Origin: Oscillospiraceae bacterium
GTDB lineage: Bacteria; Bacillota; Clostridia; Oscillospirales; JAGBHD01
NCBI GenBank assembly: GCA_018110785.1
Contig: JAGBHD010000030.1
Coordinates: 1-62,969 of the forward strand
DNA: 62,969 nt
Direction: 5' to 3'
Shown here: positions 1 to 8,381 of the stretch, in pieces
Numbering within the stretch: position 1 is the stretch's first letter
How the letters are laid out: every line of letters begins with the position of its first letter
Position numbers and translations under genes: made by a program
The notes under the pieces: generated by a model
What the model was told of the DNA's origin: nothing
Databases searched by the model: none
What the model saw: only the letters and a program-made list of their open reading frames with translations

Positions 1-758
1 GAAGCGCTTTCGCGGATTGTTCTATCCATCTTGCCTTTTAGAGGAGCATAGAGCGGCAGAGGATTGGTTTTTATAAGCTTTGCCGTTAAAAGATAATCGC
101 CCTGCTTTATAATAACCGTATTATCCCCAATATAAACCGCTTTTGCGCCAAGATAGGTTGCAATGCGGTATTCTTTGCCGTTTATAAGAACAACACCGAT
201 AATACCCTTAAAATTAAACCCAAGCATCGGAATATCCGCAACAGACAGCATTAAAGCGCCGTTTTCAAAAGAACATTCGGTCCAGATATATTCTTTCGGG
301 AAAGAGCTGCCGCAATCCCCCTCGATATACCCTGTTCCGTTTTGAAAATCAAGCTGTTTGCCGTTTATGGTTATTTGCCCGCGAATGCGGTGCTTCATGC
401 TATAAAGGCTATGCTTGCATTGCATAAAAGGAATATAGGAAAAAGGCCCCATAATATCATATCTTATCGGGGAAAGCTCGTAAAAGCGAAGCGCTCCTTT
501 TATATCAAGGTTTTTATTTTGTATATCGAGCCTTAATCCCTTTTCGGAGAAAAAGCAGTTTCCTATTTTTACCGATAGGGGATTTTCGCTGTAAGCTAAA
601 GAATTAAAGGGTAAATTAAAGGCGGAATCATCTGTTATAATTTGCAGAGATGCGGATTTTTTATTATGGTTTTTGTGGAATGCGGGAATGAAAGCGATAG
701 TTTTATCCTCGGTAGAGCATTTGAAATACCAGCCTTTAAAGTAGTTTTTTGCTAACAA
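1..758 (-). CDS. tocopherol-cyclase-like family protein (partial; 3' end lies outside the window)
   Basis: The minus-strand frame is open from a TTG at 758-756 to the window edge. It is absent from the ORF track because the stop lies off-window. GGAGGAATAA sits 2 nt upstream (reverse complement of 761-770). The N-terminus LAKNYFKGWYFKCS resembles the xEGWYFK signature of tocopherol-cyclase-like proteins. Confidence 0.45.
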   Translation of the reverse strand, partial: MLAKNYFKGWYFKCSTEDKTIAFIPAFHKNHNKKSASLQIITDDSAFNLPFNSLAYSENPLSVKIGNCFFSEKGLRLDIQNKNLDIKGALRFYELSPIRYDIMGPFSYIPFMQCKHSLYSMKHRIRGQITINGKQLDFQNGTGYIEGDCGSSFPKEYIWTECSFENGALMLSVADIPMLGFNFKGIIGVVLINGKEYRIATYLGAKAVYIGDNTVIIKQGDYLLTAKLIKTNPLPLYAPLKGKMDRTIRESA

Positions 759-843
759 AGTTATTCCTCCCAAATGATATGCTTCTGTATAGCATTTCTT
801 ATATTCAAATGGATATACTAACGAAAAAGTTTGGGAGGAAAAA

Positions 844-2760
844 ATGAGTAATCGTTTAGAAAATGAAACAAGCCCCTATCTTTTGCAGCATAAGGAAAAC
901 CCTGTAGATTGGTATCCTTGGTGCGAAGAGGCATTTTTAAAAGCGAAAGAAGAGGATAAACCGATATTTTTAAGCATAGGCTACAGCACCTGCCATTGGT
1001 GCCATGTTATGGCGCACGAAAGCTTTGAAGATGCTTCTACCGCCGAAATTTTGAATAAACATTTTGTTTCAATAAAGGTCGATAGAGAGGAGCGCCCCGA
1101 TATAGACAGCGTTTATATGGCGGCTTGTCAGGCATTTACGGGAAGCGGCGGTTGGCCGATGACAATTTTTATGAGCTGGGATAAAAAGCCCTTTTTTGCA
1201 GGCAGCTATTTTCCTAAAAAGCCGCAGTATGGTATGCCGAGCTTTTCAGATTTGTTAAATGAGATTTTAGATATATGGCAAAACGACAGAGAAAAGCTTT
1301 TGCAGTATGCAAAAGAGGTAACGGAGCATTTAAAAAACAAAAAAATCAGCGGTAATGCCGCCGATGATGATTTAGCGCAAATCGCGGCTGGGAACTTTAT
1401 AAAAATATTCGATACCGAAAACGGCGGCTTCGGATATGCCCCCAAATTTCCAACACCACATAATCTGCTATTTTTAATGCTCTATTCAAAGCGCTCTAAG
1501 GAGCTTATAAAAATGGTAGAAAAAACGCTCTTGCAGATGCGAAAGGGCGGTATTTTCGACCAGATAGGCTATGGCTTTTCAAGATATTCAACCGATAAAT
1601 ATTTTCTCGCGCCCCATTTTGAAAAAATGCTTTATGATAATGCGCTTCTGATTATGGCATATTCCGCGGCTTACGAGCTGACAAAAAATAACCTCTATCT
1701 CGATACCGCCGAGAAAACCGCCGAATATATATTTCGCGAAATGACCTCCGAGGAGGGCGGATTTTACAGCGCTCAGGATGCCGACAGCGAGGGTGTTGAG
1801 GGCAAATATTATACCTTTAAGCTTTCCGAAATAACTAAGGTTTTAGGAGAGGAGAGAGGAAAAGAATTTGCAAAGGTTTTCGATATAACCGAAAAAGGTA
1901 ATTTCGAGGGGGTTAATATTCCCAACCTTTTAAAAAGCGGAGATATGAAAACCGATTTTCAAAAGGAAATAAAAAAGCTATATATCTATAGAAAAGAGCG
2001 GGGAAAGCTTCACCTTGATAATAAAATTTTAATATCATGGAATGCCCTTATGATATCGGCACTTGCCATGCTTTACAGAGCTTCGGAAAAAGAAGAATAT
2101 CTCGAAGCGGCAAAGCGAACAGAAGAATTTATAAAGCAAAACTTATCCGAAAAGGAAAAGCTTTTCACAAGCTTTCGCGAGGGAAAGCGCTCCGAAAACG
2201 CTTTTCTCGATGACTATGCTTTCTATATATCAGCGCTGATAGAGCTTTATAATTCTACCTTAGATAAAGAATATATCGAAAGAGCTGAAGCCTTTTGCGA
2301 TGAAGCGGTAAAGCTCTTTTCCGATTCGGAAAACGGCGGATTTTATCTTTGTAAATCTGATAATACCGAGCTTTTTATGAATCCGAAAGAAACCTATGAC
2401 GGCGCGATACCAAGCGGAAATTCTGCTATGGCATATAACTTCGCAAGGCTCTGCCAGCTAACAGGTGATAATAAATATAAAGAGCTTTATCAAAAGCAGA
2501 TGTTATATATGAGCGCAGAGGTAAAAGACTATCCCGCGGGGCATAGCCTGTTTTTAATCGCAAAGCTTATTTATGAAAACGAGCCTCAGAAAATTACTGT
2601 TTCCGTAAAGGATACCGCCGATATACCTTTAATAAAAAAGCCGTTTTTGGCAAATATGTCGGTTGCTTATAAAAACAGTCAATATCCGCTTTTAAACGAT
2701 AAAACAACCTATTATGTCTGTAAAAATAATACCTGTCTGCCGCCTACAAATAATCTTTAA
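844..2760 (+). CDS. thioredoxin-domain protein, DUF255/YyaL (SSP411-like) family
   Basis: 638-aa ORF with RBS GGGAGGA 5 nt upstream. N-terminal thioredoxin-like CHWCHVM motif, followed by a long alpha-helical region typical of this family. Confidence 0.85.
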   Translation: MSNRLENETSPYLLQHKENPVDWYPWCEEAFLKAKEEDKPIFLSIGYSTCHWCHVMAHESFEDASTAEILNKHFVSIKVDREERPDIDSVYMAACQAFTGSGGWPMTIFMSWDKKPFFAGSYFPKKPQYGMPSFSDLLNEILDIWQNDREKLLQYAKEVTEHLKNKKISGNAADDDLAQIAAGNFIKIFDTENGGFGYAPKFPTPHNLLFLMLYSKRSKELIKMVEKTLLQMRKGGIFDQIGYGFSRYSTDKYFLAPHFEKMLYDNALLIMAYSAAYELTKNNLYLDTAEKTAEYIFREMTSEEGGFYSAQDADSEGVEGKYYTFKLSEITKVLGEERGKEFAKVFDITEKGNFEGVNIPNLLKSGDMKTDFQKEIKKLYIYRKERGKLHLDNKILISWNALMISALAMLYRASEKEEYLEAAKRTEEFIKQNLSEKEKLFTSFREGKRSENAFLDDYAFYISALIELYNSTLDKEYIERAEAFCDEAVKLFSDSENGGFYLCKSDNTELFMNPKETYDGAIPSGNSAMAYNFARLCQLTGDNKYKELYQKQMLYMSAEVKDYPAGHSLFLIAKLIYENEPQKITVSVKDTADIPLIKKPFLANMSVAYKNSQYPLLNDKTTYYVCKNNTCLPPTNNL

Positions 2761-2764
2761 AAGA

Positions 2765-2795
2765 AAATCCGCTGCAATTTGCAGCGGATTTCTTG
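2765..2795. terminator. bidirectional intrinsic terminator between convergent genes
   Basis: Perfect 12-bp stem AAATCCGCTGCA / TGCAGCGGATTT with loop ATT, flanked by A/T runs. Confidence 0.7.
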
Positions 2796-2796
2796 C

Positions 2797-4086
2797 TTAT
2801 TGAAGGCTTAAATCTATGGAGGCTGTAAACTTATCATTTGTTGAAGCGAAGCTGAGCTTGCCGTTATACTTCTTAATTGCTTCCTTTAGAGAGAAGATAC
2901 CAAAGCCGTGAAGCGATTTGTCCTCTTTTGTTGTTGTAATATGATTGCCCGAAATATCAACCTTTTCGTTTACGGGATTTTCTATCTTTAAAAACATATA
3001 TCCGTTTCCGATATCGGAGCTTACCGATATTATCTTCTCTCTGTTATCGGTTATTTTCTCTATTGCTTCTATAGCATTATCCAAGCTGTTGCCGAGAATA
3101 ATGCAAATGTCGGTCGGCTCTATTTTATCAATAGGCAAAGCGCCTTTAAAAACTATATTTCCGCCAAAGCTTTCGGCTAGCATCGCCTTATCCTCTAAAA
3201 GAGCATCGGCAATGCCGTTTCCCGTATCAAACCGTATATTCTCAGAAGAAGCCATATTCTTATTATATTCCTCTAATATTTTAATAGCTTCCTCACATCT
3301 TCCCTCTGCAAGATACTTCTTTAAAGCAAAGCTTAAATTCTTAAAATCGTGCTTGAATTTGCGAATTTTATAATTAGACTCTGCCAAAGCCTTATAATGC
3401 CTCGCTTGATTTTTCATCTGTTCAGTAAATTTAATCGTCAAAAATTTCAAATGGTTGTTTGAAATAGAGGTAGTTACCATAACAGGAATAATAACGCAAA
3501 TAGTAATCAATGTTAAACCGAGTGATACTCTTGCAAAAACAGTCCATTTGATAAAATGCTCGAAAGCAGAACTGTCAAATAATACGGTCGCCAATAACAT
3601 ACCAACAATCAAAGTAACCATACAAAGCCGTTTAATCATTTTGGGAGTCCAATCAACCATTCTTTTTATTTCATACCTTATATTAGAGAATGAAATGGCA
3701 ATATAAATGATTGTAGTTATTGTATTAAAAATGAAATCTACTAAATAAAAATTAAGTAAATTGGATTTAACAAATAGGTTGATAATAGAGATAAATATAA
3801 GATTTATAGAAAATATTACTAAGTATGTAGATATTATGCTTCTTATCATAATTTTTTCAAATAAGACTTTGAATGCTAATAAGAATGCCAAAATATATAT
3901 AGGGAATGTAAGATAAAAAATAGATTTATCTGTAGCAGTTAAAATCATAGGTATAAATAGAAGTAATGGTAGATACACATAAATCTTATGTCGAATGCGA
4001 TATCCTAAAATATTCTTGGAAATAAAGAAGATGCTTAAACAATACAATAAAGTTTCATAGATATAAAAATATCTCATTTTCATCAC
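2797..4086 (-). CDS. GHKL sensor histidine kinase, AgrC-like (multi-TM sensor plus HATPase_c_5-type domain)
   Basis: 429 aa. The N-terminal half is about 6 hydrophobic helices. It is followed by an H-box-like KFKHDFKN and ATPase motifs (GNSLDNAIEA, HGFGI). ATGA stop/start overlap with the upstream LytTR regulator. Confidence 0.8.
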   Translation of the reverse strand: MMKMRYFYIYETLLYCLSIFFISKNILGYRIRHKIYVYLPLLLFIPMILTATDKSIFYLTFPIYILAFLLAFKVLFEKIMIRSIISTYLVIFSINLIFISIINLFVKSNLLNFYLVDFIFNTITTIIYIAISFSNIRYEIKRMVDWTPKMIKRLCMVTLIVGMLLATVLFDSSAFEHFIKWTVFARVSLGLTLITICVIIPVMVTTSISNNHLKFLTIKFTEQMKNQARHYKALAESNYKIRKFKHDFKNLSFALKKYLAEGRCEEAIKILEEYNKNMASSENIRFDTGNGIADALLEDKAMLAESFGGNIVFKGALPIDKIEPTDICIILGNSLDNAIEAIEKITDNREKIISVSSDIGNGYMFLKIENPVNEKVDISGNHITTTKEDKSLHGFGIFSLKEAIKKYNGKLSFASTNDKFTASIDLSLQ

Positions 4087-4790
4087 ACCTTAAAATAGTA
4101 ATTTTTATTAAATTCGCGAAGGACTAAGCTAAATTCAGAGGCTTTGCTGTGTCCTATCTTTATAAGCTCTCCGTTAGTTAAAAGGGCGGTGTGGTTATTG
4201 TGTGAATCAATGCTGTAAAGGTTTACTACATATGATTTATGGCTTCTGTAAAAACAATGCTGAGGTAAAAGCTTATGGGTTTGAGATAGGGTTTTAGAGC
4301 TATAGTATGTATCGGTTGCAGTTCTTATAGTACAATATTTGCCGTTTCCCTCGAGATATAAAATATCCTGAGCCTTTATCATCTTTTGCTCATTATTATT
4401 TATAACGGTTATAGGATATAAAAGCTTTTGTTGCTTTATATAGAGGTTTAAAAGCTCGGATATCTTCTCTTCGGTTATTGGCTTTATAAAGAATCGGAAG
4501 GGCTGAACCTCAAAGGAATCAATCATAAATTGAGGAAAATTTGTAATAAAAACGATGCTGCAGACTATATTTTTAGTCCGCAGCTTTTTTGCTGCCTCAA
4601 AACCGTTGATCCCCGTCATCTGATAATCGAGAAATACAATATCGAATATCCTTTCGGAATTTAAAAGTTTCTCGCCGTTTTCAAATTCCGAAATGGTTAT
4701 ATCGAGGCGGTTTCGAGATTTGGATTTCAGCAAAATTTCTTTGAGATGTTCCCTGAAAGCCTTTTCGTCATCGCAGATTGCAATAAGCAT
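4083..4790 (-). CDS. LytR/AlgR (LytTR) family response regulator, AgrA-like
   Basis: 235 aa. Receiver domain (ICDDE ... VFLDYQM) plus C-terminal LytTR domain (FYRSHKSYVVNL). RBS AAAGGAGTGAA. Confidence 0.9.
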   Translation of the reverse strand: MLIAICDDEKAFREHLKEILLKSKSRNRLDITISEFENGEKLLNSERIFDIVFLDYQMTGINGFEAAKKLRTKNIVCSIVFITNFPQFMIDSFEVQPFRFFIKPITEEKISELLNLYIKQQKLLYPITVINNNEQKMIKAQDILYLEGNGKYCTIRTATDTYYSSKTLSQTHKLLPQHCFYRSHKSYVVNLYSIDSHNNHTALLTNGELIKIGHSKASEFSLVLREFNKNYYFKV

Positions 4791-4940
4791 AAATGTTTGT
4801 TCACTCCTTTTTTTGTTAGTTTAACTCCAAGGTTTCTACAAAATTCTCTTTCCTTATTTTATAACATAAAAAAATTGGGAAAGGAAGTGTATGAATGTTT
4901 ATGTTTATGAGAGAATGGCTTAATTGGTTGATGGGAGTTC

Positions 4941-4985
4941 TCTAAAAACAAAAAAAGCGAGGCTTTATAAGCGGCTCGCTTCATT
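4941..4985 (-). terminator. intrinsic terminator of the XRE gene
   Basis: Hairpin GCGAG..CTCGC overlaps the 3' end of the CDS. On the minus strand it is followed by TTTTTTTGTTTTT. Confidence 0.55.
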
Positions 4986-5321
4986 GTTTTTGGGATTTCC
5001 AATCCGATCATTTAAGCAGAGGAGAATTTCAGCCAGCAAAGAAGTTCTATCCTCAGGCCAGTCTTTAATAATTTCGGATACCTCGGAGTTTTTCGGGGTA
5101 TCTGAGAAGACTGCCCTATCTGATACTAAAAGCGCGATGTCGATATGTAATATTTCTGATATGTCGTAAAGTCGGGATAGGGAAACCTTTGCCGAGCCCC
5201 TTTCAACCTGACTTATATAGCTTTCGGTAATACCGAGCTTTTCGGCGAGGTTTGATTGCGTTAAGGGGACTTTTTTGCGGTAGAAGGCTATTCTTCTGCC
5301 AATGGCTTTGTAATCCAACAT
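4965..5321 (-). CDS. XRE-family helix-turn-helix transcriptional regulator
   Basis: HTH_3 signature LTQSNLAEKLGITESYISQVERG. I prefer the ATG at 5321 (MLDYKAIG) over the longer track ORF, because of the GGGTGA RBS and the typical N-terminal position of the HTH. Confidence 0.8.
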   Translation of the reverse strand: MLDYKAIGRRIAFYRKKVPLTQSNLAEKLGITESYISQVERGSAKVSLSRLYDISEILHIDIALLVSDRAVFSDTPKNSEVSEIIKDWPEDRTSLLAEILLCLNDRIGNPKNNEASRL

Positions 5322-5440
5322 AATTATCACCCAATTAAGTATAGCAGTCATAGATTATATATGGAAGAAATTAGGAGATAATTTATTAAGCTATAGCTGT
5401 GGATACGAGGGGGATTATAGCATAAGGGGGAAGTAGAAAA

Positions 5441-5638
5441 ATGTATAAATGTGTCGAACAAAGGATAAAAAGCGAAGAAAATGGCGAATATAGGTCGTAT
5501 GGCATTCGCGTAAGCCGCGATAAGGTTATAGAAGATGTCAGTACCGATAAGAATTTTGTTGAAGCGCTTACCGAGAAGCTCAACCGCTTAAAGGTCGACC
5601 CTATACATATTTACGATGTTTTAGAAGACGAACTCTAA
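5441..5638 (+). CDS. small hypothetical protein (65 aa), divergent from the XRE gene
   Basis: Strong RBS GGGGGAAG 7 nt upstream of the ATG. Charged, non-repetitive sequence. I do not recognise a family with confidence. Confidence 0.5.
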   Translation: MYKCVEQRIKSEENGEYRSYGIRVSRDKVIEDVSTDKNFVEALTEKLNRLKVDPIHIYDVLEDEL

Positions 5639-5743
5639 GCAATAGCTTAAGTTTTAAATAGAAAGCCCCTTAGAATTCTAAGGGGCTTAAAAAAATGCTT
5701 GCAAAATATAAATATATATGTTAATATAACAAGGTCGAAATAA

Positions 5744-5820
5744 GAGGGTATAGCTCAGTTGGTCAGAGTACTTGCTTGACATGCAAGGGGTCGTTGGTTC
5801 AAGTCCAACTATCCTCACCA
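5744..5820 (+). tRNA. tRNA-Val (anticodon GAC)
   Basis: Hand-folded cloverleaf. Acceptor GAGGGTA/TATCCTC, D arm GCTC..GAGT, anticodon stem CTTGC/GCAAG with loop TTGACAT, T arm GTTGG-TTCAAGT-CCAAC, encoded CCA. Confidence 0.9.
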
Positions 5821-5825
5821 TAAAA

Positions 5826-5862
5826 GGACAAAGGATTTCCCCTTTTGTTCTTTTTTATTTTT
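5826..5862 (+). terminator. intrinsic terminator after tRNA-Val
   Basis: Imperfect stem GGACAAAGG / CCTTTTGTTC followed by TTTTTTATTTTT. Confidence 0.6.
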
Positions 5863-5920
5863 ATGTTGGACTTGAAGCTAATTTCAACTATTATTTTACC
5901 TTAAAATATTTAAAAATAAA

Positions 5921-5960
5921 ATAGTGAAAAATAGTGAAAAAATAATGTAAAAATAGTGGA
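5921..5960. repeat. four tandem 10-bp units (ATAGTGAAAA x2, AATAATGTAA, AAATAGTGGA) upstream of the Fic promoter
   Basis: Direct reading. There are two exact copies and two degenerate copies in 10-bp register. They end about 20 bp upstream of an extended -10 (TGGTATAAT at 5977-5985). Confidence 0.7.
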
Positions 5961-6016
5961 ATTATTCGTTTTGTTGTGGTATAATATAATCAGTAAAAAA
6001 GTAAAGGAATGGCTCT

Positions 6017-7117
6017 ATGATTAAGGTTACCTTGACAAACGACATTTTAAAAAAGATTTCTGCAATCGATGAAAACCGTTTTTCTCTTAAAACAATCGAA
6101 TTGCCCCAAATTACTAAGAATAGATTAAGAAAAAATTCTAAGAAAAAAAGCTCATATGCCTCAAATAAAATTGAGGGCAATCCTCTTACTGAGGCTCAGG
6201 CAAACGAGGCTATGGAAAGAGATGCGCATAAACATTTTTTAAAGCCTGAACAAGAGGTAAGAAACTATTTTCTTGCATTGAATTTTCTCGAAGAAAAACT
6301 TAAAACTAAAGAAGCTTTTTCAAAAGAACTGCTTCTTGAAGTTCAGGCGATGGTTGAAAAAGGAGCGTCGAAAGAGAAAATTGGTCTTAGGGGAGAAATG
6401 CCCCCAGGCGTATTATTTGCTGTATATGATTCAGAAAGCGGAAAGCCTGAATATATTCCGCCTGAATACGGCGATGTTCCCAAGCTTCTTGACGAGCTTA
6501 TAGAATATGTAAACACAACAGATGATCATCCGCTGATTATTGCAGCTGTTGTTCACTATCAGTTGGTTACTATTCACCCTTTTGAAGATGGTAATGGACG
6601 TACAGCAAGACTGATATCGGGGTATATTCTCGATTTTTATGGTTATGGATTTAATGGTATAGGCTCACTTGAAGAATATTTTGCCTATGATCCTGATGAA
6701 TATTATGCATCCCTTCAGATGGGTTTACCTGCCTTATATTATTCGGGAAGAGATAATCCTCCAAATTCTGAAATATGGATTAATTATTTCTTGCGTATGA
6801 TGGAGTTATATTCTAAAAAAGTATGCGAGCTATCTGAAGCATCAACCGATGATGAATTGGAGGGTAGCCTATCGCATTTAAATACAAAAGAAAAAGACTT
6901 ATTAGCGTATTTACTTAATAATCGTATGTTTGAATTCACGCCGATTGAAGTAAGTAAAAAACTTGGCGTTACCAATAAAACTATTATTAACCGTTGCGCT
7001 AAACTTACAATCAATGGTTTTTTAATTCCGAATATCGTAAAAGAGAGAATAAGGACTTATTCTTTGAGTGAGTTTGCAATAAATAATAAAAAACGGATTG
7101 TTTCAAAAATAAGATAA
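6017..7117 (+). CDS. Fic-family protein (probable AMPylase) with N-terminal inhibitory motif and C-terminal wHTH-like tail
   Basis: Canonical Fic motif HPFEDGNGRTARL. SNKIEGN near the N-terminus fits the [ST]xxxE[GN] auto-inhibition motif. 366 aa. Confidence 0.9.
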   Translation: MIKVTLTNDILKKISAIDENRFSLKTIELPQITKNRLRKNSKKKSSYASNKIEGNPLTEAQANEAMERDAHKHFLKPEQEVRNYFLALNFLEEKLKTKEAFSKELLLEVQAMVEKGASKEKIGLRGEMPPGVLFAVYDSESGKPEYIPPEYGDVPKLLDELIEYVNTTDDHPLIIAAVVHYQLVTIHPFEDGNGRTARLISGYILDFYGYGFNGIGSLEEYFAYDPDEYYASLQMGLPALYYSGRDNPPNSEIWINYFLRMMELYSKKVCELSEASTDDELEGSLSHLNTKEKDLLAYLLNNRMFEFTPIEVSKKLGVTNKTIINRCAKLTINGFLIPNIVKERIRTYSLSEFAINNKKRIVSKIR

Positions 7118-7136
7118 TTGTCGAGATTATTAAATG

Positions 7137-7167
7137 AAAAAATGCAGGAAAAAATCCTGCATTTTTT
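7137..7167. terminator. bidirectional terminator
   Basis: AAAAAATGCAGGA / TCCTGCATTTTTT perfect stem with flanking A and T runs, between convergent genes. Confidence 0.75.
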
Positions 7168-8231
7168 TATAACTCTAATTTCATATCGTTTTCTTTTATC
7201 CAGCCGATTTTGCGGAGAATTTCGCTGAAGATAAGAGAGAGTATAGCGGGGAGAAGGAAGCAAACTAATAAAAGACCTATCCAGAACATCGCGTCTTTTT
7301 CGCTTGTTGCCGAGAAGATTCCGAGCGGACCTACAAGTCCGCAGGTACCCATACCTGCCGAAACACCCGTGCATTCCAATTTAAAAACAGCCGAGGCGAG
7401 AGGGCCTGTTATCATAGAAGCGGCGGTTGCGGGAATCCAGATTCGGGGATTTTTAACGATATTGCCCATCTGGAGCATTGAAGTTCCAAGTCCCTGAGCT
7501 ACAAGGCCGCCCCATTTATTTTCTTTAAAGCTGATAACGGCAAAGCCTACCATCTGCGCGCAACAGCCCGCCGCAGCGGCGCCGCCCGCTATTCCTGAGA
7601 TACCTATCATTGCGCATATAGCAGCCGAGCTTATAGGAAGGGTTAGGATAATTCCGACAATTGCCGAAATGATTATGCCCATTAAGACAGGCTGCAATAC
7701 TGTTGCGGTATTTATAAAGTTTCCAAGCTCTGCCATAACCCAAGCTATCGGTCCGCATATAAGCTTTGCTACGCCGAAGCCTGCTAAAATAACCGTAACG
7801 GGGGTAACGAGGATGTCTATTTTAGTTTGTTTATAAACAAGCTTTCCTATTTCACAGGCAACTATAGCGGTTAAAAATGAACCCGCAGGGCCTGCCGCCA
7901 AAACCTTTTCGGCGCCCGCCGCCGTTATATAGGTTATGCCTAAATCATAGCCTATGAGGCCTACTACAGAGGCGCTGTATAAAACCAAGGGCGGAGCCTT
8001 TAGTGCGAAGGCTACCGAAAGGCCCAAAACAGCACCCGTTGCGCTTGTTGCAAAGGAAGCGGCTTGGATTAAGAATAACAGACCTGTATACTGTCCTAGG
8101 GTTTTTAAGATTGTTCCCATAAGTAAGGTTGCAAACAAGCCCTGAGCCATGGCGCCCATTGCATCAACAAAATAAAGCTTCGCGCTTATGTTAATATCTT
8201 TTTTATGAAGAAATTCTTTAACTTTTTTCAT
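7167..8231 (-). CDS. polytopic membrane protein, PTS EIIC-like (PTS_EIIC_2 type)
   Basis: I chose the ATG at 8231 (MKKVKEFLHKK) because GGAGGATTAAAAATG lies directly upstream. The protein is glycine/alanine-rich with about 10 TM helices. The family call is from memory of similar clostridial proteins. No EIIA/EIIB partner is nearby. Confidence 0.55.
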   Translation of the reverse strand: MKKVKEFLHKKDINISAKLYFVDAMGAMAQGLFATLLMGTILKTLGQYTGLLFLIQAASFATSATGAVLGLSVAFALKAPPLVLYSASVVGLIGYDLGITYITAAGAEKVLAAGPAGSFLTAIVACEIGKLVYKQTKIDILVTPVTVILAGFGVAKLICGPIAWVMAELGNFINTATVLQPVLMGIIISAIVGIILTLPISSAAICAMIGISGIAGGAAAAGCCAQMVGFAVISFKENKWGGLVAQGLGTSMLQMGNIVKNPRIWIPATAASMITGPLASAVFKLECTGVSAGMGTCGLVGPLGIFSATSEKDAMFWIGLLLVCFLLPAILSLIFSEILRKIGWIKENDMKLEL

Positions 8232-8381
8232 TTTTAATCCTCCTTTAATAATGAATTGTATCGCTTTTTTGCGTTTTAGGCAACTAAATCGGGTAATTTC
8301 TACAAAATTTATAAAACCGACTTGAACTTGCAAATAAAAAGTAATAAAATAAACAAAAAGAAAGAGCAAGGAGATTTAAAT

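Noticed and set aside
163-536. Two short plus-strand ORFs (60 and 64 aa) at the window start
   Set aside because: They lie inside a longer minus-strand frame that has a strong RBS and a family-like N-terminus. Neither has an RBS.
4891-4923. 10-codon ORF (MNVYVYERMA) with a GGAAAGGAAG RBS-like sequence, divergent from the Agr-like operon; considered as a signalling pre-peptide
   Set aside because: It is far shorter than AgrD-type precursors and has no leader or processing motif. It coincides with a simple ATGTTTATGTTTATG repeat. There is not enough evidence to call it a gene.
5663-5688. Perfect 10-bp hairpin AAGCCCCTTA/TAAGGGGCTT after the 65-aa ORF, considered as a terminator
   Set aside because: On the plus strand it is followed by an A-run rather than a T-run, so it does not fit a canonical intrinsic terminator. 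I left it uncalled as a feature.
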